Source: Schmidtea nova (taxonomy: Eukaryota). Taken from it: a stretch of 42,611 bases of DNA. The notes beneath the pieces are model-generated. The model worked only from the letters and a program-made list of their open reading frames with translations. It did no database searches and was not told the origin of the DNA. Both the position numbers and the translations under genes were made by a program. The DNA lies in assembly GCA_044892505.1 (NCBI GenBank), contig CM097882.1:137826001-137868611 (forward strand), read 5' to 3'. Positions 10,933 through 23,779 of the stretch are shown in pieces. The number at the start of each line of letters is the position of its first letter. Position 1 is the stretch's first letter.

Positions 10933-11715
10933 CAGCGGTCTGGGAACTTTTTTAGCCATTACCCCAAAATATTTTTGCGTAAGTCGATATTATCCCCCCC
11001 CATTCTGAAAAGAAAACAATCAATGTAAATTTTAAATAAACATTATTTATTAAATTAATTTACATTTACATATTTATAAAAAAAGTTACATGAAAATAGT
11101 AAGTATGTAATATAGAGTCCCATCTGTAATTCATAGCTATACTTTTCGGGAAAATTAAATAATTTTTTAAAAAAATTCCGATGAAAAAATTTTCAATTAA
11201 AATTATTTAATTTTCCCAAACCGTCGTAGGCGAAACGCGAATAAACCCGTCTGACGCGTGACAAAAATAGTGATAAAAATTTTTTAATTAAATTAAATTT
11301 TACAATCGCGCTTACCTTGATAGTGGAAATTGATGATGAAATGATGTGTCTCGTCAGTAAATTGCACATAATCAAACGACGCGTCGGAAACCCGTGCATA
11401 ACTGACCGTTGGGTGCTAAGTTTAAACATTACAACGTACGCAGCGCCTCTAGTGGTCGATGCAAGAAACAACGTAACGCAAGCACGCACACACAACGCGC
11501 GATTCTTGCTTATCATGCACACACCAAACGAAAAACTTGACTTCAACCAGAATTAGCGGCTCGACCCGTATATCACGCTGAATTGTTTAAGTTTATAAAC
11601 ATACTAACACGTTTATGAAATAGCAATTTAAATATTAGAAAAATTTCACCTATTACCCAAAACATTTTCATTTTTACCCCATTTGGGGTAATTTACCCCA
11701 GTTCCCCGACCACTG
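10933..11715. mobile_element. Non-autonomous hAT-type element (MITE), 783 bp
   Basis: TIRs CAGCGGTCTGGGAACT / CAGTGGTCGGGGAACT (14/16), perfect 8-bp TSD GTGTAAAT at 10925-10932 and 11716-11723, CpG-rich interior, no transposase. Confidence 0.9.
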
Positions 11716-11980
11716 GTGTAAATGGTTATTGTATAATTATGAATTTTAAAGTGGTCAGTACATAAATCTTTTATATTAATCATTCAAATAAAGTCTCACT
11801 AAAATAAAACAAAAATATCTCTAGTTCGATACAAAAGTCTTTCATGCCAAGGTGGAATGTTTATCTTCAACATATGTTCCATGCATCATCTACCCATATT
11901 TGTCACAGGATGACCACCATATTTTGCGAAATTTATTTTCGTTTTATAGGGTTGTTTGTTATATTTATCCATAAGTTGTT

Positions 11981-11982
<2 letters not shown>

Positions 11983-12041
<59 letters not shown>

Positions 12042-12050
12042 TATATATAT
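11983..12050. repeat. (TA)n microsatellite
   Basis: Directly visible. Confidence 0.99.
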
Positions 12051-12129
12051 TTATGCATTCTCCAGACAGTTGGAAGTAAACATGCATATGTTTATAGCTA
12101 CCAAATCTAATACATTTGTGAAATTGGTT

Positions 12130-12330
12130 CGAAGTCACCGCCTCATTTCTATTTTATTTGTGTAGGTATTTTCCACTTGATCAAGGTCATTCATGCCACA
12201 TTTGCCAGCGTTGTAAGCCAAGATCGTGTCAGGTTTCTTCTTTTTGTCGTTGGATATTTTAACAGCATTGATTGATCTACACTTATTTACGTTGAAAATG
12301 TATCTAAATAAAAAGATAAAGAAAATCATT
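12130..12330 (-). pseudogene. Decayed piggyBac-like transposase fragment
   Basis: KKKPDTILAYNAGKCGMNDLDQVENTYT...MRR* resembles the piggyBac motif KP.(I)..YN..K.GVD..DQ...Y......RRW. Confidence 0.6.
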
Positions 12331-12646
12331 TGTAGATATTTATTAATATTTCCAAATTATTACAATATGATCAAACATAAAAACTATTTGTTTACAGAAA
12401 GATTCGATGCTCTATAAAGAAAGAGATCAGGTATACAAACTGGTATTCTACAGTTTCAGTGTGATGAATTATTATGCTACTGTTACTTGTTGAAATAGAA
12501 TACTATAATACTATAATAACTTGTCAAATAATACGATAACGTATTCTAAATTCAAATGTTTTACTGAAAAATGTCAAATAAAACTGTTAATTAAACTTTT
12601 CTAACTTCGAGTAATCACAACTGCTGAAAACAAACACACAAACAAC

Positions 12647-12814
12647 TCAATAATATTCATATTAATAATTGTATGACTATAGATCAAAATTTGTTTGGTT
12701 GTTAGGTACACGCTATTTCGGCACTTGATAAAGGCTGTGCCAAAATATCGTGTACCTAACAACCAAACAAATTTTGATCTATAGTCATACAATTAATAAT
12801 ATGAAAATTATTGA
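12647..12814. repeat. Fold-back (78-bp arms, 12-nt loop) derived from the Penelope 3' end / hammerhead region
   Basis: 12647-12724 is the reverse complement of 12737-12814 with 4 mismatches. The loop and right arm match 38990-39096 (ttgataaaggctgtgcc...tgatctatagtcat...gatcaaaggt). Confidence 0.92.
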
Positions 12815-13277
12815 TATAAATAAAAAGAGATCAAAGGTGAAACCAAATGAAATAATTCCTATAGTCAATGTTCGAAAACTTTAGAAAGATTTATTAAAAA
12901 AGTTATTATTGTTTTTGCGCATCTTGACGTACTTCGCACTAGGCAGGAATAGTATCCATCTGTCTCTCGTATTTGCGCTGCGCAAAGTTATTAATTACGC
13001 TAAAGCGAAAGATTACCTACAAACGGTCCTAAGATATTACTAAGTAATAAAGTTGGTTCTAAATTGCATAGGTTGGGTAATAAAGACAAGGCGAGAGGTT
13101 TCCAAAAGATCGCGCGATTCATGTCAACTAAAAAAACGACTGTCACGTTTCTTCGTTGTTTATATCTTATGATTTTAAATATCAAATGCAATGACACCAA
13201 AAATGGTGATTATATTTGTATTCTATAAATATTTTAACAAGTTTTTCAAAATAATCAAAAATAGTTAAACAAATTAA

Positions 13278-13511
13278 CCCTTAAATGTATTCTGTTGCAT
13301 ATGTGAAACCATTTATTTAAGCGTTTATAACTCATTATACATGTAATAAATGAACTGCAATGCATAGTGTTGCGTAAGTGTAACAAAACGCCGAACCATC
13401 GTGTTTTTTAATTATTCTAGTAGATGTCCCTGTACGCATGAAATTGACATTTTTGTAAAAATATCGCTGGGTGCAGATGTGTCATTTTGTTAAAAATCAT
13501 GCATTTAAAGG
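13278..13511. mobile_element. piggyBac-type MITE, 234 bp
   Basis: TTAA on both sides (13274-13277, 13512-13515); TIRs CCCTTAAATGTAT / CCTTTAAATGCAT (11/13). Confidence 0.65.
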
Positions 13512-13630
13512 TTAATAAATGCTAATACCTTTAAATTTAATGCAAAATGTCTTATTTTAAATCGAACGAGAGAATAAAACATTTTCAACGAAACGATAAT
13601 CGTGAGACAGTTGATTCTCACAGCATTTCA

Positions 13631-13750
13631 GATACACACTTAATAAAGGCTGTACCGAAATATTGTGTACTTGTTTAAAGTAATATTGATCTATAGCCTT
13701 ACCGTTATGAGAAATATTGATATTATTACTAAAAAAATCAAAGGTGAAAC
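13631..13750 (+). mobile_element. Solo, decayed copy of the Penelope 3' end with a mutated hammerhead core
   Basis: gatacacacTTAATAAaggctgtaccGAAAtattgtgt...tgatctatag...atcaaaggtgaaac is homologous to 38982-39096; it carries G5-to-A and a stem II mismatch. Confidence 0.8.
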
Positions 13751-16700
13751 AAAAACAGAATTATTATAGTATAAACTATTAGTTTATTAAACCGTTCCAT
13801 CCAGCCAGAACACATAAATCTGAAATTATGTTTCTCTATTTTAGAAATCGGGAAATTCTTGGCATTATTTGTTACTGCCTTCCAGGATTTCGAAATTCCG
13901 TTGTAAGTAACGGGAAAATAAGAACTATCAGTTAATACGTATAACATCATCATATAATTTCATCGTTATAATGTTATACGAACCTGCAAACAAAATATTC
14001 CTCTAAAATTTTTTAATTGTTATAAATTAAATTCTTGAAAATATTGCGGTCCAAAATAATAGTTATGCTAATCAGTCGGTGCCGTGACCTATTGCACAAA
14101 TTATGTGACAAATATTTTGGCAAAATAAAATTTAGACCGCAGTTTGAAAGTCGAACATTTATTGAAAAAATTTCCCAATTATTTTTCATAATCTTAACTA
14201 TTTGGAATTCCAACTATTTTAATTCAATTACTGAATGAAGAATCCGGTTCAAGTATATTTGTTGAATCATCCTTCATTCCTTCTGCCCACATAACATGAT
14301 TGATGATAATTGAAAATTATTTTATTGACTCTGCTGAAACTTCACATAATAAAATGACTTCAATTCCGCAACCGTGTGACATAAATTCATGCTTATTTGC
14401 ATATTCTGATAACGCTATTTTCGTTTATGTAAACTTTAGTATATTATTTATAATTTCGTTTGTTTTCCTCTTTTTAGGCAATAGAGGGGAAAAAAGTCTA
14501 TTATTAAGCATAAATTTTTGGTACTGCTTTTTTCAAGGGATATTACAATCGATTATTTTACATAATTTTAATAGCAAGTTTCATCCAATGAAATTAATTT
14601 TAAATATTAAATAAAATAAAACTAAAAATTCCATATTAAAGGTAAAAAATTTTATTAATAGTTTTTACAATAATACAGTATTTGTATAAATTTACAGAAG
14701 CAGTGATGCTAAAAGCCTTCTCTGCGGATGGACATTTACTGTATCTGGGTTTGAGGCCTTTCCATTTTTGTTTTTAGTTGTTTGATGTTCTTATCGTCAT
14801 TGGTATGTTAGTTACTTTGATCATCTTTGTTGTTGGAGTTCTGTCTAGGCTAATGACTTATTTATCTTGTGAGAATCCCGACAACTTTTATTTGTTCAGA
14901 CAATACATACACAATTTTTATGTGCAATTTTTATGTGAAATTGATTGAATATTGATTGAATATTGAATATTGATCACACTGACGTGACTTTTGTGCTTAA
15001 GCTGAACATGCTTAAATAGATCCAGATGTATTTATTTGTATCCGTCTATCTAGCTGTCCCGTGCATTTAACTTCATGCCACAAATGTATGTATTGTATAA
15101 TGATAATAGTATAAGACCATAAAAAATAGTGCCTGTCTTTTCTTTCTATATAGCCTTTTAGTGACTTATTGGAAACGTAACTCAAAGGCGTCAAAGATTC
15201 CTTTCACCCAAAAAGAAACCATGAACCGGTACTGTATGTATCTTTCGAATGCTCTACATACTTCTTTGCTTATACTAGAATGAATTTAAATAGGATGCAA
15301 ATTGATTCACGTGAATTTGGCTGCATGTTACAAATATGTTTATTTGCGTGCCTCGAATACTCTACAAATTTATCTGCTTATAGCAAATTCAAATTTATAA
15401 TGGTGTAAATAGTTTTCTAATAAAAAATTCGATTATTTTTTAACCAAAAATTTAAAATAGATTAAGTGGTCTAGTGAAATAAACGATTGAAATAATATTT
15501 GAAAAATTCAATTCCAAAAGTTTTTTCTTTGAAAATTTTTTTTGATCTGTTGTCACACAAAAATCAAAATAAACAAAATCGTAAAATTATCATAGGTGAA
15601 GAAAATTAGTGATTTTGATAATATAAATTTAGACATTTTTCTCGATACGGATTATAGCTTGGTTGCTATTAAAATTGTATGAAGTCAGCTTAAAGCTTTA
15701 GCAAATTGATCTAGACATTTTTCAGCCCATGAAAAAAATACTGTTTCACAAGGAAAGAGTTATTATCTGGACATGAAGACGACAGTTATTTTAAACATTA
15801 TCTATCTGGGTGAACGTTCGTGATATAAATTGATTAACAAGATTTAATATTAATGAATACTCAAAGTCTGGCAATTTTGAACATTTCCAAACCTGGAGAC
15901 ATTTTCTTAGAATGACTTTAAATTAAATACCGATAGATTATTAAAGATAAAAGATATGTTATATACACGCTATCAAACAAAATACGAAAATACTGAGGAA
16001 ACTAAAGCGCATTAGTATAATCGAGAAGCAGAAGTAATATCGCAAGTATAAGAAGTATAGGAAAAGAATATATTCAGAACACATTCAGAAATATCTGATG
16101 ATGAATAATTTAGAAATGTTAACTTTGGATCCTAATAATATTTTTGAAACTAAGGAACGACCTTGAAAATAAGAATAATCTTTTTTATGATAAAAATCAA
16201 AAGAAAGGATTTATTAATATTTCTTAAAGATTTCAGTGAAGTACTCGTTACTAGGATTGACGAAGAACTTTGTTATATAAGAGTAAAGAAATTAATACAT
16301 TAAAATAATATCTTTATTGGTCAGACAACCAGTGTATCCAACATTTGTAGAATGCCTTTAAAAATGTCTAAGAATCTATAAAGGGGAAAGTAAATCTATA
16401 ATAAACAATTTCTTGGATAAGTTTAGAATTTCTTATCTTTCGATTTTTTAAGTGAAACCTCTGGCTATAAAACAACAAGTAGTGATAATAATTTGATGGT
16501 TTTACCAAACACGTAAGTCTAACACAGAGGGAGAGCAATGCATTAAATTGACTATTTCTTGTTCTATCGTTTCTGATTTAATTGTTGTGGTTGTTGACGA
16601 TGCTAAAATTTCTGTATTGCTGTTTTTCTCTGTTATCGTTTATTTTTTCAAACGTCATGGGTCAAATGTTTCATACCTTAAAAAAGACTGTTTGTCTTCT

Positions 16701-17091
16701 CTGTATTCGAGTTTCAGAGCATCCAGTTAAAGGGAATGAGTGTTGTTTTCTTTCAAATTGGTGTTAGTGAATAATAGAATGTGATCTTTAGAATGTGTTG
16801 TTTTTGTTATTTTGTTCTGGCTCTTTTAATTTCGGTAATGTGGCAAATAATTAGCCTCCATAAGGCGTGGGCAAAAAAACTAGTTTAATGAGAAAATAAT
16901 AAAGCAATGTTAATTAATATCAAATCTAAAATTAAAATTTTTAATAATAAAACATTTAATATTGTAATAGAAATATTTAATATAGTCAATTTAAATTAAA
17001 AGTTACGGTAAAATTAAAAATTACGATAAATCGCTTTTTACAGAATATTAATTAGAAATTCACTTTTCCTCTTAAAATTAGACATTTTTAT

Positions 17092-17765
17092 TAGGGCATA
17101 ACCGAGTAGACAATTTCCACCGAGTACCGAGTCCGAGTATTTAGATGTACTATTTGCCGGATCCGGATACGAACCGAGTAGTAGCGGTTTTAAATCGATA
17201 ATTTATTAATTTTATCCGCAATGTAAATTTATTATGATTTATGACGTAATTCACGTATGCTATATTTTTTTGTAGATTTATTTAATTTTTAATGGAAAGC
17301 GCCGAATGAATTTATTATTTACGACGTGTTTCAAAAAATCTAAGAAAAATATATCGAAATTAGCTATATGATAAAAGTTAATATTTTAATCTAAAAATAA
17401 CAATTTTTCATTGTATATTTCCATTGAAAATGTCTATTTTAAATTGTATGCCGAGAGTACTTACTTTTCGCCTGCCACGCCGTCAAACAAGGAGGTCGCT
17501 AAAGTGAAAACAATTTCACTCATAACACTTCTTATAATCCATTTTCTTTGGTAACAACTAACAACTAGTTACACCACCTGTGGAATGCTACTGAAATTAC
17601 AATTTCTTTTTCGCCAGCTGTTTGATATTTAATTATTTATTGAATTCGATTTTTTTTACCTATTTGCGCGTGTAATATTTGCCGAGGCGAATACTTCCGA
17701 TTATTGCCGAAAAACGCAATATTCGGCCGAGGCGAATGTCCTAGGCAATTTCCGGTTATGCCCTA
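17092..17765. mobile_element. Non-autonomous hAT-type element (MITE), 674 bp
   Basis: Perfect 13-bp TIR TAGGGCATAACCG, perfect 8-bp TSD ATTTTTAT (17084-17091, 17766-17773), subterminal ccgagta / gccgaggcgaat repeats. Confidence 0.93.
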
Positions 17766-17999
17766 ATTTTTATAGTAGTTTTTAATACAGAAATAGCCAG
17801 TAAAGTAATCTATCTTTTATGACTGTGTCAAACTCTAAACCCAATAATAAGGATGTTTATAAAGAACATACAGAGACACCAACACTGAGATATTATCTAT
17901 GTAAATAAAATACATTTCAAAGGTAGTACTTTAATATTTTTAGTGTTTTAATATTTTTACCTAATATAAAATTTATTTAAAATCAATGTAAAATTTTAG

Positions 18000-18106
18000 A
18001 TTTTAAAAGTTCCTCTATATTGGAAGCATTTAATTTTTTTGAATTCTGGGGGCAACGAAACTAATTTATGCATTTATAGAGAAAACATGGTATCCATGTG
18101 GCAAAA
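18000..18106 (+). CDS. PPP2R3: PP2A regulatory subunit B'' (PPP2R3A/B-like), exon; first exon located in window
   Basis: AG/GT bounded; ILKVPLYWKHLIFLNSGGNETNLCIYRENMVSMWQK aligns with the B'' motif PLYWK...AMWRK. Confidence 0.85.
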
Positions 18107-18154
18107 GTTTGCTAAATATTATGTTAATATCTACTTTTAATTAAAAAATTTTAG

Positions 18155-18257
18155 AATTGCTGCCATTAATCATAGTGATGCTTCGAAATTATTTTCTCTT
18201 TTGACTCAAGATAAAAAAGGTTTCGTTGAACCACCAGATTTTTATCCTCTAGTGCAG
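18155..18257 (+). CDS. PPP2R3: PP2A B'' exon
   Basis: Follows a 48-nt intron; IAAINHSDASKLFSLLTQDKKGFVEPPDFYPLVQ, phase-compatible with flanking exons. Confidence 0.9.
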
Positions 18258-19099
18258 GTAAATATTAAATATTTTGAACATTTATATATATATATATATA
18301 ATATTTAAAAAGTTTTTAATGACTTAATTTAAGGAGTATTTAGGAATATTAATTTTATTCTTCGATATTTAATATAAATATATTCAAAAAATATTATTTT
18401 ATTATTTTTTAGTTTAAACTAGACCACTGGTCGCATTAATGTAAGTGATTTTTATCAAGTAAATTTTTCATGTTTTTGAAAGACACTTTTATTTGCCTTG
18501 CTATTAACTGTATATTTCACTAAAATTATTTTATGGAGAACTAGTTAAACAGGCTTATATCACGGAGGTAGTGGTCAAATTTTAATATTTTATTCAAGCT
18601 GGTAACATATTTATTATCCACCGTTAATTTCACGTACTTTTAAAGGAAAAAAAACTTATGGAGACCTGGTTTTTTAATTCTGTTAATTGTAGGTTGATTG
18701 AAGGCAAGTGTTTTATAGAAAGGTGTGACCTTAGAAAGAGATTCTTCTTCCTACGTGGGGAAAGTTTAATTTGTTACAAAGCAACTGGAAAAGTAGCTCT
18801 ATAATCCTCGATTTCTGTGTGAATAGTCTTCCAAGGAATACAAAAAAGTATATGTATTTATGTAGGTACCTCAATGAATAAATATTGAAATAGGCTGAAA
18901 TTATATAAACCGTTTCTTGAGGATGATAGTCCTATAGTGAATGAGTTTTTGTTTGAGGTTTCCTGTTACATTGTTGTACACGTCAACAGTCATATGTTTT
19001 TTATTTTACTTTATGTCTTTTTTGCCCATAATTTGTGAACAATGATGTGATCTAGAAACATCTTAAACCAACTCTTTTTGCATATGATTTCTCGTGCGA

Positions 19100-19560
19100 A
19101 TGTTTTTGATCTATGTTCTGAATTTTCTGAATGCCATATGAGCTAGTAAATTCTTCACACAGACGAGTATTTTGACTATGCCTTTGCGATTTGAAGCGAG
19201 CCATCTCATCCCTTTGAGAATTTGAAGTCTTTTGCTTTACTTAACTTCATTTATACACGGAGGTTTCTTTTTCAAAGTTTAACCTGAAATTGTAACAGTT
19301 CTATGTTGAACAGAGTCAAGCCATTTAAAGAGCCTTGACTTCAGTCTGTGAAACTGAACTCTCTGAAATATTTGTGATCCATTTCTTCTTCTGCCACAAA
19401 AGTGATCTAATTTGCCTTGTTTGATTAAATAACTCAAACCGTCTTCCAAGCCTTCTTGAAACTGTCAGTGATATACTGTATAGTAAGGCTACGTTGTTGT
19501 ATAGCATGATTTCTTTTGGTGTCACAAATACTTTTCTTTTCATTTCTCTCTAGTCTGATA
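19100..19560 (-). pseudogene. Decayed 3' part of an L2-clade-like non-LTR retrotransposon ORF2
   Basis: MLYNNVALLY...LLWQKKKWITNISES... resembles the L2/Crack post-RT pattern LYNSL..P.L.Y...LQKKAIRII; several stops. Confidence 0.4.
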
Positions 19561-19779
19561 TTATGGTTGTATAAACCGCAAGGAAATTGAGTAGGTGTAT
19601 AAATAATAGATGATAATGACTTTAAAGGAAAACGACAAACATCTGGTCTAAATGGGATGATTTGCTGGTTAAAGGTTTATTTAACACTATATAATCTTTT
19701 ATTCATTTTTAGTAAGTGTATGTGGACAATGTCCACTTGACATACAACAAAAGATAAAATTGTATTATAAATTAATTTT

Positions 19780-22450
19780 TATTAATTGTCAGTGATAAAA
19801 GGAAGGTGACAGTGACTTATATCACATTCATAATTAATGGTGAATGGCGGAATACAAGGAGTGGTGGATAGCTCCATATCGGTAAATGAAAGACCAAACG
19901 TTTTCCAATTTTTTGAATAAAATGCGGGTAGCGGAAAAAGTTTGCTCGAAAAACCAAGGTTTATGTGTATAATGATATTTCTATAAACCTTTCTAAATGG
20001 TTCCAGAAAAACGCTGATGATTTCTGGCTGCTGATTGCATTGCAATTACGAATGGCTCAGTTTGATTATAGCATATAAAATTAGAGAATTAGAATTTTGT
20101 GGTTTTATAAATTATTTTGTAGTATCTCATTATAACTACATCTAAGACAAATTTTGGCAAGAGTCATCTCAAACATTTTTCTAGATAAATTTCAAATACT
20201 TTCGGAGTTCAGATTTTTTCTTGTATATTCTAAAATAATATGAAAAAAACTCATTAGCCCCTTACCCTATACTGTAGCACATCAGCTACATCCTATAAAA
20301 TGCAACTAAAATTATGTTGGTACTAAAACCAGCTGTCAAATACTGGTATACCCATTTGACAGACAAATTCTTGATAATTTTCACTCGGTTCCACTTCTTC
20401 AATTAGGAATATTTTGTCATGTTCTGTATATCTATGAAAAATTAAATCTAAAATTAAAAAGTTTTTTACTCACAATAAAGTCATGCAGTAAGGGGTTATT
20501 AATCATCAAATTTTTTTACGAGATTTTAAATAATACATTGCCTGTTTAGCTAAAAAAACAATTTATGCAATAAAACAGTTATTTTGAAATTCAGATAAGA
20601 TAAGCAAAAAGAATTTATGAATTGCTTAATTTATCAAAATCATTTTTGATTTCTACGTTATCCGCGTATTACGGTGTTGGTATTCAACAATTAATGAACA
20701 GTGTAATAATTATTACTCTCACTGTTCTAATAGTTCTTTCAGCAAGTACATTTGACTGATGTGGATATGGTGAACTAAACCCTTGTCGCGCTACAAATTT
20801 CTACATTCAGTCTTGCATCAACGCAACTTTGAATATCCTTCCTCTATCAGTTAATATACTATCCGATTTTCCGAAACAATATATCCAGTTATTCAAAATA
20901 ACATTCAAAATAGTGTTTTGATCTTGCTTGTTGATGCTAAACTTGACAGCTTACTGAACCGATCAGTAATAACTATTATATATTTCTTTTTTCAATTTAA
21001 ATATTTCCATGTACGCTATATCTATTGTTATCTGTTCTGAAATCTTTTCTCCTGACCTCGGCAAGAAAATTTCTTTTGTTCTTTCCTATTCTATTTTTCT
21101 CTTTGCATAGAACATTCATTTATACAGTTGATGATAATTTGATTCATATTATTCTACAAAAAGAAATTTTTTTTTAATTCTAAGTTTTTTTAGTAACAAA
21201 TTGGCATAATTCTGTGTGCATGTAATCTTTCAATGTGGAAACATAATTTTTGGGGAATTAATATAAGTATTTTGTTAACCTCCATAATAGATAGCAATCC
21301 ATTTTTTATACATATTTGTTATTGTTTGACTTCTTCCGATATCATATCTTTCTCACCATTCAATAAAAAATAATTTCTTTAAAAATAAATCCTTCATTTT
21401 ATTTCTTTCTGATGATTTCCACAATACTTGCATCTCCAGGTCAACCATTTATATACTTGACTTTATATTTTACTTTTTTTTGAGCGAAGTTCATCTTTAT
21501 TTCACGATAATCCGTCGGTATTTTCATATTCATCTCTTTTCCGATATTGTAAATTACAATCATATTATAATAAGTTTGCGAGCAATTTCTTTAATTGCGG
21601 ACTTATATGTTTCTTCATAGTGTTCATTAAAGTCAAAGCTTTATGATCTGTTATTGCAATGAATTTCTTGCCGTAAAGATATTGTTTTAAATGCACATTA
21701 AACTCACGAAGAGCTAATAATTCTTTCCTTGTAATACAGAATACATTTCAAGTGCTGTTCCATTCCATATGCAATCACAACCTTTTAATTGTCTTCTTTA
21801 ACCTAACTGTACACAGCATCAATCACTCCTAAACTAGCATCATTATTAAATATAAACACGCTGCCTGACATTGGAAACTGAAGAACTATAGCTTTACATA
21901 GAACTTTCTTTAATTTATAACTGGCTTTGCATTCATCATTACAAATTATTTTTATTATTCTCCGATATTGCAGTTTATAACAGTGCTACTATTCGTGAAT
22001 AATCCATAAAGATTTGTCAACCCCAAAAACGATCTAAGCTGAGTTACACATTTTGACTCAAATTTCTCCAACATTACATCAAATTTCTTTTCTTTTATTC
22101 CTATTGATATGAATACCTTTATTACGGACAATGTGCCCAATAAAATTATATTCACTTTTATAGAATTGACACTTTTCTGGATCTATCTTCAATCCTGATT
22201 CTTTGATGTGACTAAATACTTTACAAATAATAATATCATGTTCTTCTTGATTTCATGCATAAATTAATATATCGTCTAAGTAAATCATTATGCTATTAAA
22301 CATCAACTCGTCTAATATTTGATGCTTTAATCACTGAAATGCCGCAAATGCTGTTGATAATGGAAATGGTAATCTATTAGAACAAAATTGTCCTTTTGTA
22401 CTGAAAGCTGTTTTAATCTGAGAGTTAATCTCAGAGATTAACGAGGATTA
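19780..22450 (-). mobile_element. Heavily decayed Gypsy pol (RT, RNase H, integrase) in a PP2A B'' intron
   Basis: KTAFSTKGQF, RLPFPLSTAFAAFQ*, IMIYLDDILI (~22271-22282), LLALREF..HLKQYLYGKKFIAITDHKAL; many stops and frameshifts. Confidence 0.85.
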
Positions 22451-22799
22451 TTTTATAATCGAACATTTTCTCACTTAATAAAATCGTTTTTGCAGCAAAG
22501 GGTTATTTTCTTACTTATTAATTTATTTAATACTTTATGCTGCTACCAGGGAATCACCATTATATATATATAAATGTGTTGAATAAGAAGAAGCACTGAA
22601 AGGGATAAAGATAAAAATTGGATGAAAATTTAAAATTATATTTTCTCAAAGTAAATTCGTTTTCAATATTTGGCTTAACTCAATGCTTGTGTTGATTCGA
22701 AACCCAAGGATAAAAAGCTTCTCTGGATTATATGTTCATCGCCTCCTTGAAATATTTAAAGCAATAATAACTAAATATGGTACGATGGTAACTGGAGAT

Positions 22800-23600
22800 A
22801 GTTTCTATGGAACAAAACAAGACTTATAAAATGACGCGAGTACTGAATACGTGGTTAACACAATTGAAAAACAAAATTGATGGTCAAAGAATCGTTGAAA
22901 TATCCAGATTCTGTACACCAAATGTAATATATAAGACTGAATTTATGCGGATTTCCATACGGATCATCATTTGGAATTAACTAGACACTTCTTTTAATTA
23001 TGAAATTAGATCCATCAATTTCAAAGGTTTTGAGGACGAAAACTGTTGGTCAGTATCAAATTTGCAAACTTATCCATATATCTTTGATAAAACAAAAAGA
23101 AAAGTTTATGGGTGTTAGAGACGCCTCGCAGAGATTATCGGTAGACATATCACATATAGGATTCCATATTTCTGAGAGTAATAAATTGTGAACCAAAAAG
23201 ATTTTCTATTTGGAAAGCGACTTAATCCAGAAAACGAAACAGATGTATAATGTCGGCTTCGATCAGTATTCTTTGAGAAAAGTGTGCTTTCAGAGATAGT
23301 TTTAAATAATACTTAAAGTTTTTAATCAAGTAAACTTATAAGACGAAAATTCTTAGAAGAAGAAATTTACATAATTGATTTTTCGAAGCTGTTATAAACT
23401 GTCAGGAAATGGAATAGTAGAGTTCACTGAAAGGTTCAAAGAACAGTTGCTTGAGTGGGTCATTTTTGTTTTTGTAGAGTTATTGTATAAAGTGAGTTCT
23501 ATCAGATAGCAAGTCAACTATGTTCGGCTATAACCATTTATATCTATAATGAAAACTCCAAAATACTTCTGATATCAAAGTTTAAGGTAGGCAATCTAGT
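22800..23600 (+). pseudogene. Decayed Gypsy-like integrase fragment, opposite orientation
   Basis: Residual motifs IYADFHTDHH and LSVDISHIGFHISESNKL resemble the integrase Zn-finger/core; very degraded. Confidence 0.4.
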
Positions 23601-23779
23601 ACACTTGAAATCTAGAGGAGTTTGTTGAACACACATACATATACCAAATAAACATGGCAAAGATTAAAATGAAGAAAAGCGCCACTCATATAACTTTCGT
23701 ACTATATATTTCGATTGAATTTGTTTAAAATATTATGACCCTTAGAAAAGTTTGGATAAAGTAGTGAATAGCAGTATTA

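Noticed and set aside
11844-12165. ORFs ending in YIYIYI (also 29034-29333)
   Set aside because: Artefacts of (TA)n microsatellites.
13845-13902. AG/GTAAGT-bounded segment as an upstream PP2A B'' exon
   Set aside because: No frame resembles B'' proteins; the opposite strand has a weak pogo/Tigger-like motif (CSGWMERFNK), so a TE relic is more likely.
14013-16770. Several 60-104 aa ORFs
   Set aside because: No recognisable domains; they look like old TE debris that cannot be classified by eye.
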